Shown piece after piece: positions 51,441 to 60,601 of a stretch of 64,000 nucleotides of DNA. This DNA is from Schmidtea nova (taxonomy: Eukaryota). Position 1 is the stretch's first letter; every line of letters begins with the position of its first letter. Both the position numbers and the translations under genes were made by a program. The notes under the pieces are model-generated. The model searched no databases. It saw only the letters and a program-made list of their open reading frames with translations, and was not told the origin of the DNA. The stretch is taken from positions 125,736,001 through 125,800,000 of the forward strand of contig CM097884.1 in assembly GCA_044892505.1 (NCBI GenBank). Reading direction: 5' to 3'.

Positions 51441-52379
51441 GTAAGTAGAGTAGGGGGAGCGCCCAAGAACAGGAACAGACCCCCTCCCTCCCCCCCAAAA
51501 AAAAATTTTTTTTGTTTAAATGAAGTGAATTTTTAAAAAATTTTTATTTTGTTTAAATTAAGTGAATTTTTAATTTTTAATTTTGTTTAAATGAAGTGAA
51601 TTTTTTAATTTTAATTTTTTGTTTAAATGAAGTCAATTTAATTTATTATTTTGTTTAAATGAAGTCTTTATTTTATTTTTATTTATTTTTATTTATTTTT
51701 ATTTATTTTTATTTTATTTTTATTTATTTTTATTTATTTTTATTTATTTTTAATTTATATTTAATTATTTTAATAATTTATTTTTAATAATTTATTTTAA
51801 TAATTTATTTTAATTTATATTTATTTTAATTAATATTTATTTTTTATTTATTTTAATTAATTAATATTTATTTTTAATTTATTTTTAATAATTTATATTT
51901 ATTTATTTTAATTAATTAATATTTATTTAAATTTATTTTTGGTTCAGTTTGAATAATAATAATAATAATAATAATAAAAACTTAGAAAAATTTTTAAAAT
52001 AATAATANNNNNNNNNNNNNNNNNNNNNNNNNNNNNNNNNNNNNNNNNNNNNNNNNNNNNNNNNNNNNNNNNNNNNNNNNNNNNNNNNNNNNNNNNNNNN
52101 NNNNNNNNNNNNNNNNNNNNNNNNNNNNNNNNNNNNNNNNNNNNNNNNNNNNNNNNNNNNNNNNNNNNNNNNNNNNNNNNNNNNNNNNNNNNNNNNNNNN
52201 NNNNNNNNNNNNNNNNNNNNNNNNNNNNNNNNNNNNNNNNNNNNNNNNNNNNNNNNNNNNNNNNNNNNNNNNNAATAACACTAATATTTCATCACAGTGT
52301 AAATAATACAATAAAATAGTAAATTATTAAGAAAAAACTTTGAAATAAAAATAAAGAACAACTAAATCACAAAACTTTA

Positions 52380-52765
52380 TTATAAATTATAAATGTCGTT
52401 ATAATATGCTTTACGCATTTCTGACATTAAGATATGCACCGAATGATCTCTTTTAAAATCATGACAGCATGCACATCCGTTTACGCAGGATACTCTCAGT
52501 GAGTCTTCGCAAACAATGCAATTTTCAATGCACTTGACTCCAGCTCCTAGCACCATATCGTAATGAATCTCGAGCAATTGTTCGATATTGATCCCAGTAA
52601 GTTTGTATATCTTATGAACCAATAACTCTGGCGCACAGTAATCCAATGAATCTTTTATTTTTGGATATAATTCTTGAATTTTCTTCAGGACCACTTCAAA
52701 TAAATAAGCTATATTAAAAATATTAATAATACAGTTAATTAAAAATAATACTTACTTTTAGACAT
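52380..52765 (-). CDS. Polinton spliced Cys/His-rich protein (exons 52765-52756 and 52708-52380)
   Basis: ATG TCT AAA A|GTAAG...ATAG|CT joins in frame (47-bp intron). C-terminal cluster CIENCIVC..CVNGCACCH..H. Confidence 0.65.
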
Positions 52766-52800
52766 TTTCAAAAATATGGATTTGTAAAATAACAATGTAT

Positions 52801-53283
52801 TTAAACAAAATTAAATAATAAATCGAGATATTTTTCATCAATTAATTCATTATTAATTAATGAATTAATATAATTTTTAATTTCATTTACTTGATTAAAA
52901 TAATCCAATGTTTTAATTCCTAATATTACAACTTTTCCACTTGAAAAAATATTAATACAAATAGGGTTATAATTTATTAATCTTAAAGCTGGAAATATTT
53001 CGGGTTCGTACCAGCACTCTGTTTTATTTTGCAATTCGTATAAATTTATGGATTTACCCATATCCAATGTTATAGTGATCGATTGAATTTTTAAATCTGA
53101 AATTTTATATTTCAAATCATCTGGTTTTAACGGTTGCTTACAACCCATTACACGACATTTTCCCGATCTGAAAAATAAAATAGGGTACTTTCCACTCCTA
53201 TCTATAACTTGCTGGGGTTTCCCAACAGGAAATAACATGTTTGGAACTAAACACTTGCCCATATAATTAATATTACTTATCAT
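52801..53283 (-). CDS. Polinton-encoded divergent TATA-binding-protein (TBP)-like protein, about 160 aa
   Basis: Both TBP repeats are visible: ILFFRSGKCRVMGCK, LKIQSIT, YEPEIFPAL and INIFSSGKVVILGIK versus TBP ALIFSSGKMVCTGAK, FKIQNMV, YEPELFPGL and LIFVSGKVVLTGAK. Confidence 0.85.
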   Translation of the reverse strand: MISNINYMGKCLVPNMLFPVGKPQQVIDRSGKYPILFFRSGKCRVMGCKQPLKPDDLKYKISDLKIQSITITLDMGKSINLYELQNKTECWYEPEIFPALRLINYNPICINIFSSGKVVILGIKTLDYFNQVNEIKNYINSLINNELIDEKYLDLLFNFV

Positions 53284-53339
53284 TTTTATAAATTGAATAA
53301 ATATAAACAATATTAAATTAATTAATTAATTAATTAAAA

Positions 53340-53963
53340 ATGGAATTAAGAAATGATGCAGTTTATCAAATAGTGGGCCCAAGTGGTAGTGGAAAAACAT
53401 TATTTGTATGTAAATTGTTGCAATCAAAAATGTTTAAATCAAAATTCAATAAAATTTACTGGCATCGGGGAGCTGATGAAGAACATGGACTGACTCAAGA
53501 TCAATTCTGCAAATTAAAAATGACAATTATAAAAGGGTTTGATAAAAACTGGTCATCTAGATTACGACAAGGCGATGTTATAATTATCGATGATTTGTAC
53601 CAAGAAGCAAATAAAGAAAAAGATTTTAATAATTTATTCACAAAAATTAGTAGACATTTAGGAGTTACTGTAATTTTCATTACTCAAAATTTATTTCATC
53701 AAGGTGGTAGTCACAGAACTCGTAATCTAAATGTTCAATACTTGGTTATATTCAAAAACCCAAGAGATGCTACAATTATTGATTTTCTAGCAAGACAAGC
53801 TTACCCTAATGATAGGAAATTCTTAATTAATTCATTTCAAGATGCTACTAAAGTTCCTCATGGATATTTATTCTTTGATTTTACTCAACAATGTCCTGAT
53901 GATTTACGTATCCGAACGGATATATTTAACGAAAATGGAGTCACGGTTTATAAACAAAATTGA
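53340..53963 (+). CDS. A32/FtsK-like genome-packaging ATPase
   Basis: Walker A GPSGSGKT, Walker B IIIDD, SRH motif, ITQNLF. Confidence 0.95.
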   Translation: MELRNDAVYQIVGPSGSGKTLFVCKLLQSKMFKSKFNKIYWHRGADEEHGLTQDQFCKLKMTIIKGFDKNWSSRLRQGDVIIIDDLYQEANKEKDFNNLFTKISRHLGVTVIFITQNLFHQGGSHRTRNLNVQYLVIFKNPRDATIIDFLARQAYPNDRKFLINSFQDATKVPHGYLFFDFTQQCPDDLRIRTDIFNENGVTVYKQN

Positions 53964-53984
53964 AAATAAATAAAAGAAATAATA

Positions 53985-54170
53985 ATGTCATTTAAAAAAG
54001 TAATTGACAAGTTAAATAAAGAAGCTATTCAAAAAGCTGATCAAAAACTACTTAAAAAAGTTGATCAAAAACTTCTTAAAAAAGTTGATCGAAAATCTAA
54101 ATTAGTTAAAAAAGTTACCAAAAAGATTGGTAAAAGAAAGAAACAAGTAAAGAAGTGGATAAAATTATAA
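53985..54170 (+). CDS. Small Lys-rich protein, possible DNA-condensing core protein
   Basis: 61 aa, very basic, with KKVDQKLL repeats, in tight gene spacing. Confidence 0.6.
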   Translation: MSFKKVIDKLNKEAIQKADQKLLKKVDQKLLKKVDRKSKLVKKVTKKIGKRKKQVKKWIKL

Positions 54171-54200
54171 GCGAAATAAATATACACAAAAATTTTAATC

Positions 54201-54530
54201 ATGAAATTTGAACGTAGTTTACCGTATTTTAATGCTTTGGTTAAAGCTCCAACAAATAAGCGAATGATAATTTTACAAGCTTTCCCACCCTTTGTTATTG
54301 ATGATTTACTTGAAATCGTTTTTAATATTGTTCATGGTAATGTAAATATTAGTAGATCAAAGAAAATTGAACTACAAAAACATAAAAATTCGCTTTTATC
54401 ATTAGTGAATACCAAAAATAGAAATCTTATGCGAAAAATAATATATAAACAAAAGGGTGGGTTTCTCGGTACATTAATTCCAATAGTATTATCAGCAATA
54501 AGCGCAATCTCATCTTTAAGAAATGGGTAA
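54201..54530 (+). CDS. Conserved Polinton protein with a C-terminal amphipathic (cupiennin-like) peptide
   Basis: EIVFNIVHGNV...QKGG|FLGTLIPIVLSAISAISSLRNG. Confidence 0.8.
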   Translation: MKFERSLPYFNALVKAPTNKRMIILQAFPPFVIDDLLEIVFNIVHGNVNISRSKKIELQKHKNSLLSLVNTKNRNLMRKIIYKQKGGFLGTLIPIVLSAISAISSLRNG

Positions 54531-54592
54531 TAAAATGTCTGAACCGAATAAACATAATATAGATTTAAATATTCTAACAAATTGTTGTATTA

Positions 54593-55678
54593 ATGAAGAA
54601 AATCATGAAGAATATAAAAACGATATGGACAAACCCAAAAGATCCCGATGGTTTTGGTTCAGTCAAAAAATTGGCAAAAAGAATAAAAAGTTCAAAGAAT
54701 GAAACTCAGAAATGGTTATCTGATCAATTGGCATATAGTTTAAATAAACCAATGTTGAAAAGATTTCCTACACGCAAATATAAAACTTTTGGGGGTAACG
54801 ATTTATGGCAAATGGATTTGATGGAAATGATTCCTTATTCTAAAATTAACAAGGGTTACAAATATATTTTGACTTGTATTGATGTTTTTAGCCGTTATGC
54901 ACGAGCTATTCCAACAAAAACTAAATCTGCTAATGAAATGGCTGAGGCTATTGAATCTTTATTTAAAGATGGGAAGCCACGTAATTTACAAACTGATTTG
55001 GGTAAGAAATTAAATTTTTAAAAATTAATTAATTTTAATTTAGGAAAAGAGTTTTATAACAGCAAAGTAAAAGAAGTGATCAAAGGAATCAATCATTATT
55101 CTGTATTTTCTCAATTCAAAGCTGCTCATGTTGAAAGATTTAATAGAACTTTAAGAGATCGTTTGAAAAAGTATTTTGTGTATCAAGGTAACAAAACGTG
55201 GATAAATGTTTTACCGAAAATTATTTCCAGTTACAATCGATCACCGCATTCGGGATTAAATAGAATGAAACCTGTCGATGTATATTCAAATAATAATTTT
55301 GACGGATGGATAAAAGATAGATTAAAATCAATTAATAAAAAACCGAAATATAAAGTAGGCGATTATGTGAGAATGAGTAAAATCAGTGCTTCTCCCTTCA
55401 TCAAAAATTTTGATAGTAATTGGAGTGATGAAGTATATCAAATCTCAAATGTTGATACTAATCAAAATCCTGTCATGTATACTATTTCCGATCATGAAAA
55501 CAATGTAATCGAGGGTAAATTCTACGAACAAGAACTTCAAGTTATTCCAGCTCCCACAGTTTTTAGAATTCAAAAGATTTTAAAAACCAAAACTGATGGG
55601 AAATATAAACAATATTACGTTAAATGGCATGGCTATGAAACTCCAAGTTGGATATCTGAAAAACAATTGATTAAATAA
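54593..55678 (+). CDS. int: Polinton retroviral-type integrase with C-terminal chromodomain; spliced (intron 55002-55043)
   Basis: WQMDL, CIDVFSRY, LQTDLG|KEFYN restored by splicing, VERFNRTL, YYVKWHGY..SWI. Confidence 0.93.
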
Positions 55679-55683
55679 ATATT

Positions 55684-56721
55684 ATGAAAGAAAACCAGTT
55701 TTATATGATTTTGCCTAGCAATGCATGTCCTCTTATTTATCCTAATAATGAAGCTAGTAATTTTAATGTAGAATTTCAAAATCCGATTTATTTAAATAGT
55801 AATGACGATTGGGAAGTTGCTTTGATTGATTTTACTTTTGTGTATAATTTGTTCCCGTATTATAGTAATTCTTTTATTCAAATTGAAACTAAAAGAGAAA
55901 TTCAAGAAATTAGTTATTTGAGAATTAATAATCAAAATAAAACAATTCAAGTTATAGTTTCTCAACCTAGTTCAGACACTGATGTATTTATTGAAAAATA
56001 TAATTATTTAGTGATTGTTTGCCCACATGTTCCATTTAAAATTACATTTCCAGATCTTGAACATGCAAAAAGTTTTGGATTGGAAAATATATCAATTACA
56101 AGTGAAAATGACCATTGTCGTTTAAAATTACCAAAATTCACGAATGATAATAGTCTTGAACAATTTGGAATTTTAATAAATTATGACATTAAAACTGTTA
56201 ATGATTATTATTTTCAAGATGAATTATTCATAACGTCATTACCGGAATTGCAAGGATATTTAATGAAAATTAATCCATCTCCATTTAAAGAATTGAAACT
56301 TGTCAATAATGAATTGGTTAAAATTATTCTTCAGGATAATATTTCAAAAATTACTTTTGATTCAAATTTAACCAAATCTCTGGGTCTACAGAAACAAACA
56401 TATACTGATACAGAAATAATTGGTGTAAAAATCCCCAAAATTTTACAACTTCATCAGCAAATGTTCATTTACAGCAACATTATTGAACCAGTAACTGTTG
56501 GAGATGTACGAGTTCCCCTCCTTAAATCAATTTGGATCAAGAAATATGACCAAGGCGAAGTTGTACAAATTGAAATAAAGAATCCAATGTATTTGCCGAT
56601 TTCAACATCAACTATAAACAACATTGAAATCAATATTCGTGATGACAGTGGAAAATTAATTAAATTTTCAAAAGATACAAAGACTCATTTGACTCTACAT
56701 TTTCGTAAAATAAATGAATAA
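55684..56721 (+). CDS. Minor capsid protein (penton/PX)
   Basis: FYMILPSNA...WEVAL at the N-terminus; FIYSNIIEP..VGDVRVPLL...INIRDDSG...LHFRK at the C-terminus. Confidence 0.88.
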   Translation: MKENQFYMILPSNACPLIYPNNEASNFNVEFQNPIYLNSNDDWEVALIDFTFVYNLFPYYSNSFIQIETKREIQEISYLRINNQNKTIQVIVSQPSSDTDVFIEKYNYLVIVCPHVPFKITFPDLEHAKSFGLENISITSENDHCRLKLPKFTNDNSLEQFGILINYDIKTVNDYYFQDELFITSLPELQGYLMKINPSPFKELKLVNNELVKIILQDNISKITFDSNLTKSLGLQKQTYTDTEIIGVKIPKILQLHQQMFIYSNIIEPVTVGDVRVPLLKSIWIKKYDQGEVVQIEIKNPMYLPISTSTINNIEINIRDDSGKLIKFSKDTKTHLTLHFRKINE

Positions 56722-57121
56722 TCCAGATATTATCAGTTTCTATAGCAACAGCCAATCAGGTGGAGAATTACCGTATTTTGTAGGTAAACAATATGGAACT
56801 GGTTGGTTGAAAACGATAGGTAGATTTGCATTACCAATTCTAAGACGTATTGGAAATTTTGGTATGAAAACTGCCAATGACGTGTTAAATAATAATTCAA
56901 AGATTTTACCTGCACTAAAATCCAATGCTATTTCTGAAATTAAAGACTCATTGCCCGATGTGATTCATCATTTGCCACAAGTAATTAGTAAAGTGACTGA
57001 TGTGTTTAACGAAAATAAAACTGAAAATAAACAAAATGGCGGAATTCTTAAACGAAAAAGAAATATGAAGAAACATATAAACAAAAGAATGAAAGGATAT
57101 GGAACAATTTTTGAAAAATGA
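56714..57121 (+). CDS. Conserved Polinton virion accessory protein (PZ-like) with an amphipathic helix
   Basis: FYSNSQSGGELPYFVGKQYGTG-WLKTIGRFALPILRRIG; lies between the penton and hexon genes. Confidence 0.75.
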   Translation: MNNPDIISFYSNSQSGGELPYFVGKQYGTGWLKTIGRFALPILRRIGNFGMKTANDVLNNNSKILPALKSNAISEIKDSLPDVIHHLPQVISKVTDVFNENKTENKQNGGILKRKRNMKKHINKRMKGYGTIFEK

Positions 57122-58344
57122 TTAGTGCAAAATCTGAATTATGTCTTTTTGATAGACCATCTCCACAAGCAGTAATTGAACATGGTGCATTTGAAGATAT
57201 TTACCCAACAAATTCAATTACAGATGCTGGGACATCATCTATTCAATTTTACATCAATGGATCTCAAACTGAATATTTAGATTTGAACGATACTTTACTA
57301 TCTCTTCAGGTCAAAGTTGTAAACAAATCGGGTGAAAATTTAGGATTGGATGCTGATGTTACTCCCAACAATTTCTTTTTCCAAACTCTTTTTAAAGAAG
57401 CCGAATTAATTTTCAATTCTACTAAAGTTGAAGGGGGAAATGATACATTTACACACAAAGCCATGATTGAAACTATTCTCAACTACAATAGTGATACAAA
57501 ACACACATCTTTAACTCCAATGGGATACAATGACCATGATCTTACTAGAAAAGCATGGATTGCAAAATCAAAACCATTTTCAATTTGTTCTCCATTACAT
57601 TTCGATTTCATGGAACAACCCAAGTATTTATTACCAGGTGTTAGTGTTCAAATTAAATTGACGAGATCAAATTCATCCAATAGTTTAACATGTACAAAAA
57701 TTGAGCCTATAATTGAATTATTAGAGGCAAAATTAATGGTTAGAAGAGTTCGAGTAGAACCATCAGTTTATGCTGGTCATCAAATTGGACTTGGTACAAG
57801 AAATGCAATTTATCCAATAAGAAATAAGGAAGTTGTAGAATTTTCATTGCCAATGGGTTCTTCTTCATTTTATAAGGAACAAATCTTTGGAGATAGACGA
57901 TTACCAAACTTTATTCTTGTAGCATTTCAAGGAAATAAAAAACATAGTGGTTCTTTTACTGAAACTTATTCTATTTACGATCATTTTAATGTCAAATCAT
58001 TAACTTTATCGAAAGGAAGTGATTATCGTGAAAAATATTCTCAAGATTTTGAAAATGATATTTGTAGTACTAGTTATATGCAATCTATTGTCCGTAACCT
58101 TGGTTACCTGAATAAGAGTATGAATTGCGGTATTACTTTATCAGATTGGAAAAGCAAATATCCTTTTTTCACCTTCGTTTTGGCTCCAGATTTTGACCTA
58201 AATCAAAGTCAATTACCTCAACAAGGTAATCTAAGACTTGATATTAAATTTGGTACACCATTGACTGAATCAGTTTCTGTAATTGTATATGGAGTTTTTG
58301 AAAAGGAATTACAAATTACAGCTAATCGAACAATACTGGTTTGA
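57118..58344 (+). CDS. Major capsid protein (double jelly-roll, hexon/PY)
   Basis: KSELCLF..P.PQ..IE, IQFYI.G..EYLDL..T.L, QPKYLLPGV...IKLTR, FDL..., GNLRLDIKF. 408 aa, intact. Confidence 0.93.
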   Translation: MISAKSELCLFDRPSPQAVIEHGAFEDIYPTNSITDAGTSSIQFYINGSQTEYLDLNDTLLSLQVKVVNKSGENLGLDADVTPNNFFFQTLFKEAELIFNSTKVEGGNDTFTHKAMIETILNYNSDTKHTSLTPMGYNDHDLTRKAWIAKSKPFSICSPLHFDFMEQPKYLLPGVSVQIKLTRSNSSNSLTCTKIEPIIELLEAKLMVRRVRVEPSVYAGHQIGLGTRNAIYPIRNKEVVEFSLPMGSSSFYKEQIFGDRRLPNFILVAFQGNKKHSGSFTETYSIYDHFNVKSLTLSKGSDYREKYSQDFENDICSTSYMQSIVRNLGYLNKSMNCGITLSDWKSKYPFFTFVLAPDFDLNQSQLPQQGNLRLDIKFGTPLTESVSVIVYGVFEKELQITANRTILV

Positions 58345-58385
58345 TTAAATGGTTATAAACTAATTTGACAAAAATTTATCATCAA

Positions 58386-58764
58386 ATGAAGTAAGATTTA
58401 TTTTTAATAATTAAATTTTATTGATTTTAGTTCAATTCAGGTAGATCAGATTGCTAGAAAATTGATTGGATCGGAATTTCTAGGAGTTTTTCCTCTAGAT
58501 AAAATACCGTATATAGATGTGAATAAAGCATTGATTGTCAATACTCAATCATCAAACCTCAAAGGTGAACATTGGCTTGCAATTTATAATAAACCCGATA
58601 AAATATACGTGTTTGATCCAATGGGATTTTATTATCCACCGATATTATTGAAAAAATTATCGTCAATGTTAAAACCAATAGAATATAACAGAATTCGATA
58701 TCAAAATCCAATGACAAAAACCTGTGGGCAACATTGTTTAGCTTGGCTAAAATATATGAAATAA
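58386..58764 (+). CDS. Adenain-like cysteine protease; spliced (intron 58391-58430)
   Basis: ATG AA|GTAAG...TTAG|T gives MNSIQVDQI...FLGVFPLD, with GEHW, FDPMG and QNPMTKTCGQHC catalytic motifs. Confidence 0.92.
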
Positions 58765-59115
58765 AATTTTTATTATAAAACGACTTTTATTATAAAACGA
58801 CTTTTTCTATTTATGGAATTTTTATGTTTGAATTTGTTAAATTATAGTTGAAAATAATATTGTAAAAATATTTAATTAATTTTAATATTGTAAAAATATT
58901 TAATTAATTACATATTGTAAAATATTTAATTTTAAATTACATTAATTTAAAATATTTAATTAAATTACATTAATTTAAAATATTTAATTAAATTACATTA
59001 ATTTAAAAATAATTTCGTTTAAATAAACGACATTTTTAACAACACGCAAACTTAAGTAAGTAAGTTTAATTTTTTATGAATATTTATTAATTTTTCTTTT
59101 CAGATTTTTGAAATA

Positions 59116-59361
59116 ATGCCAATGAAATTTATATCAAATAATATTATGAAAAAGGAAATTATACCAAGCAATATTATGACAAAGGAGATTATACCAAGCA
59201 ATATTATGACAATGACAAAGGAAATTATACCAAGCAATATTATGACAAAGGAGATTATACCAAGCAATATTATGACAATGACAAAGAAATTATACCAAGC
59301 AATATTATGACAATGACAAAGAAAATTATACCAAGAAATATTATGACAACGAAACTTAAAT
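59116..59361 (+). other. Exon-like tandem repeat encoding (KEIIPSNIMT[MT])n, with one frameshift
   Basis: 30/36-bp units between the acceptor at 59102-59103 and donor GTAAG at 59362. Confidence 0.4.
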
Positions 59362-59439
59362 GTAAGTATTTATATATTGATGAAACTATTATTATCAATT
59401 AGATTTTTTATATAATTAATAGATTTTTATAAGAATTTA

Positions 59440-59700
59440 ATTAATTTTTATAATAAATATATTTTTACATTTTATGAACTTAATTAATTTTTATAATAAA
59501 TATATTTTTACATTTTATGAACTTAATTAATTTTTATAATAAATATATTTTTACATTTTATGAACTTAATTAATTTTTATAATAAATATATTTTTACATT
59601 ATATGATTTTAATTAATTTTTATAATAAATATATTTTTACATTTTATGAATTTAATTAATTTTTATAATAAATATATTTTATAAATTTATATATTTTAAA
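59440..59700. repeat. About 45-bp almost pure-AT tandem array; shorter AT array at 58860-59010
   Basis: TTAATTAATTTTTATAATAAATATATTTTTACATTTTATGAAC repeated 5-6 times. Confidence 0.85.
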
Positions 59701-59763
59701 ATATATTTAATGTAAAAATCAATTATTAAAAATAAATAAAGAACAAATAAATTAAACAAGAGT

Positions 59764-60292
59764 TTATTCATGAAAATCAGTAATTTTCCATATAGGCTTT
59801 ATCACGTTTTCTGTTTGTTTAAATCCTTGTAAGATAATTTGAATTTGATACATTGAATTATCATCTAATTTGCCTAAATCTGTTTCTTTTTTGCAGTTCA
59901 TATATGTGAATTCCTCGTTGAATTGAATATCTTTATTTATTAGCATTAAAATTTCAGATAGATTCTTTCTATCAGTTTCCCCGATTTTTCCAACCTGAAT
60001 ATTGAATTGACATTGTTTCAATGTAACAGGTTCCTGTAAATAATATTAATTAGATTTTAATAATTTTTAATTAATTACTTTAAATGAATATTTGATTGGA
60101 TATTTCAAATACTCCATCGAGTATTGCATGAATTGAACTGGTGAATTCAATGCCAAATTAGATGAAGAAATAGGATTTTCCTCAAGTATAATCTTCATTA
60201 TTTCTTGTTTTGTCATTCTTTTCGATTCTAGAAAAAATAAATTAAAAAATAATCATTTAAAATTAATTAATCTTACTTTTCAGTTGATACAT
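59764..60292 (-). CDS. Three-exon Polinton protein (144 aa), putative OB-fold ssDNA-binding protein
   Basis: Exons 60292-60277, 60227-60079 and 60033-59764 splice in frame (49- and 45-bp GT-AG introns). C-terminus YQIQIILQGF...IKPIWKI. Confidence 0.65.
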
Positions 60293-60601
60293 TTTTTAAT
60301 GATTATTTTAATTTTATAAGTCGTTTATATAGTAATTTTTAAATTATTTTGACCAATCATAATCAATAAATATATATTACGATATTTTGAATGTGTGTAT
60401 ACACACTTGATATACATCATTGTTATTTTATCATAATTTTTATCATAATATTTTTATCATAATTTTTATCATAATATTTTTATCATAATTTTTTATCATT
60501 ATTTTGATCATTATTTTTTTATATTATTTTTAAAATTTATAGGCAATTTATATCAAAAATATTGCAACTCCACAATTCATGATGTAAAATGCCATGAAAA
60601 A

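Noticed and set aside
924-52311. ORFs containing X runs and IYIYIY ORFs
   Set aside because: Artefacts of N gaps and (TA)n microsatellites.
60393-60420. ATACACACTTGATA in the Polinton as another hammerhead
   Set aside because: No stem II or GAAA follows; it is only a short match inside a palindrome.
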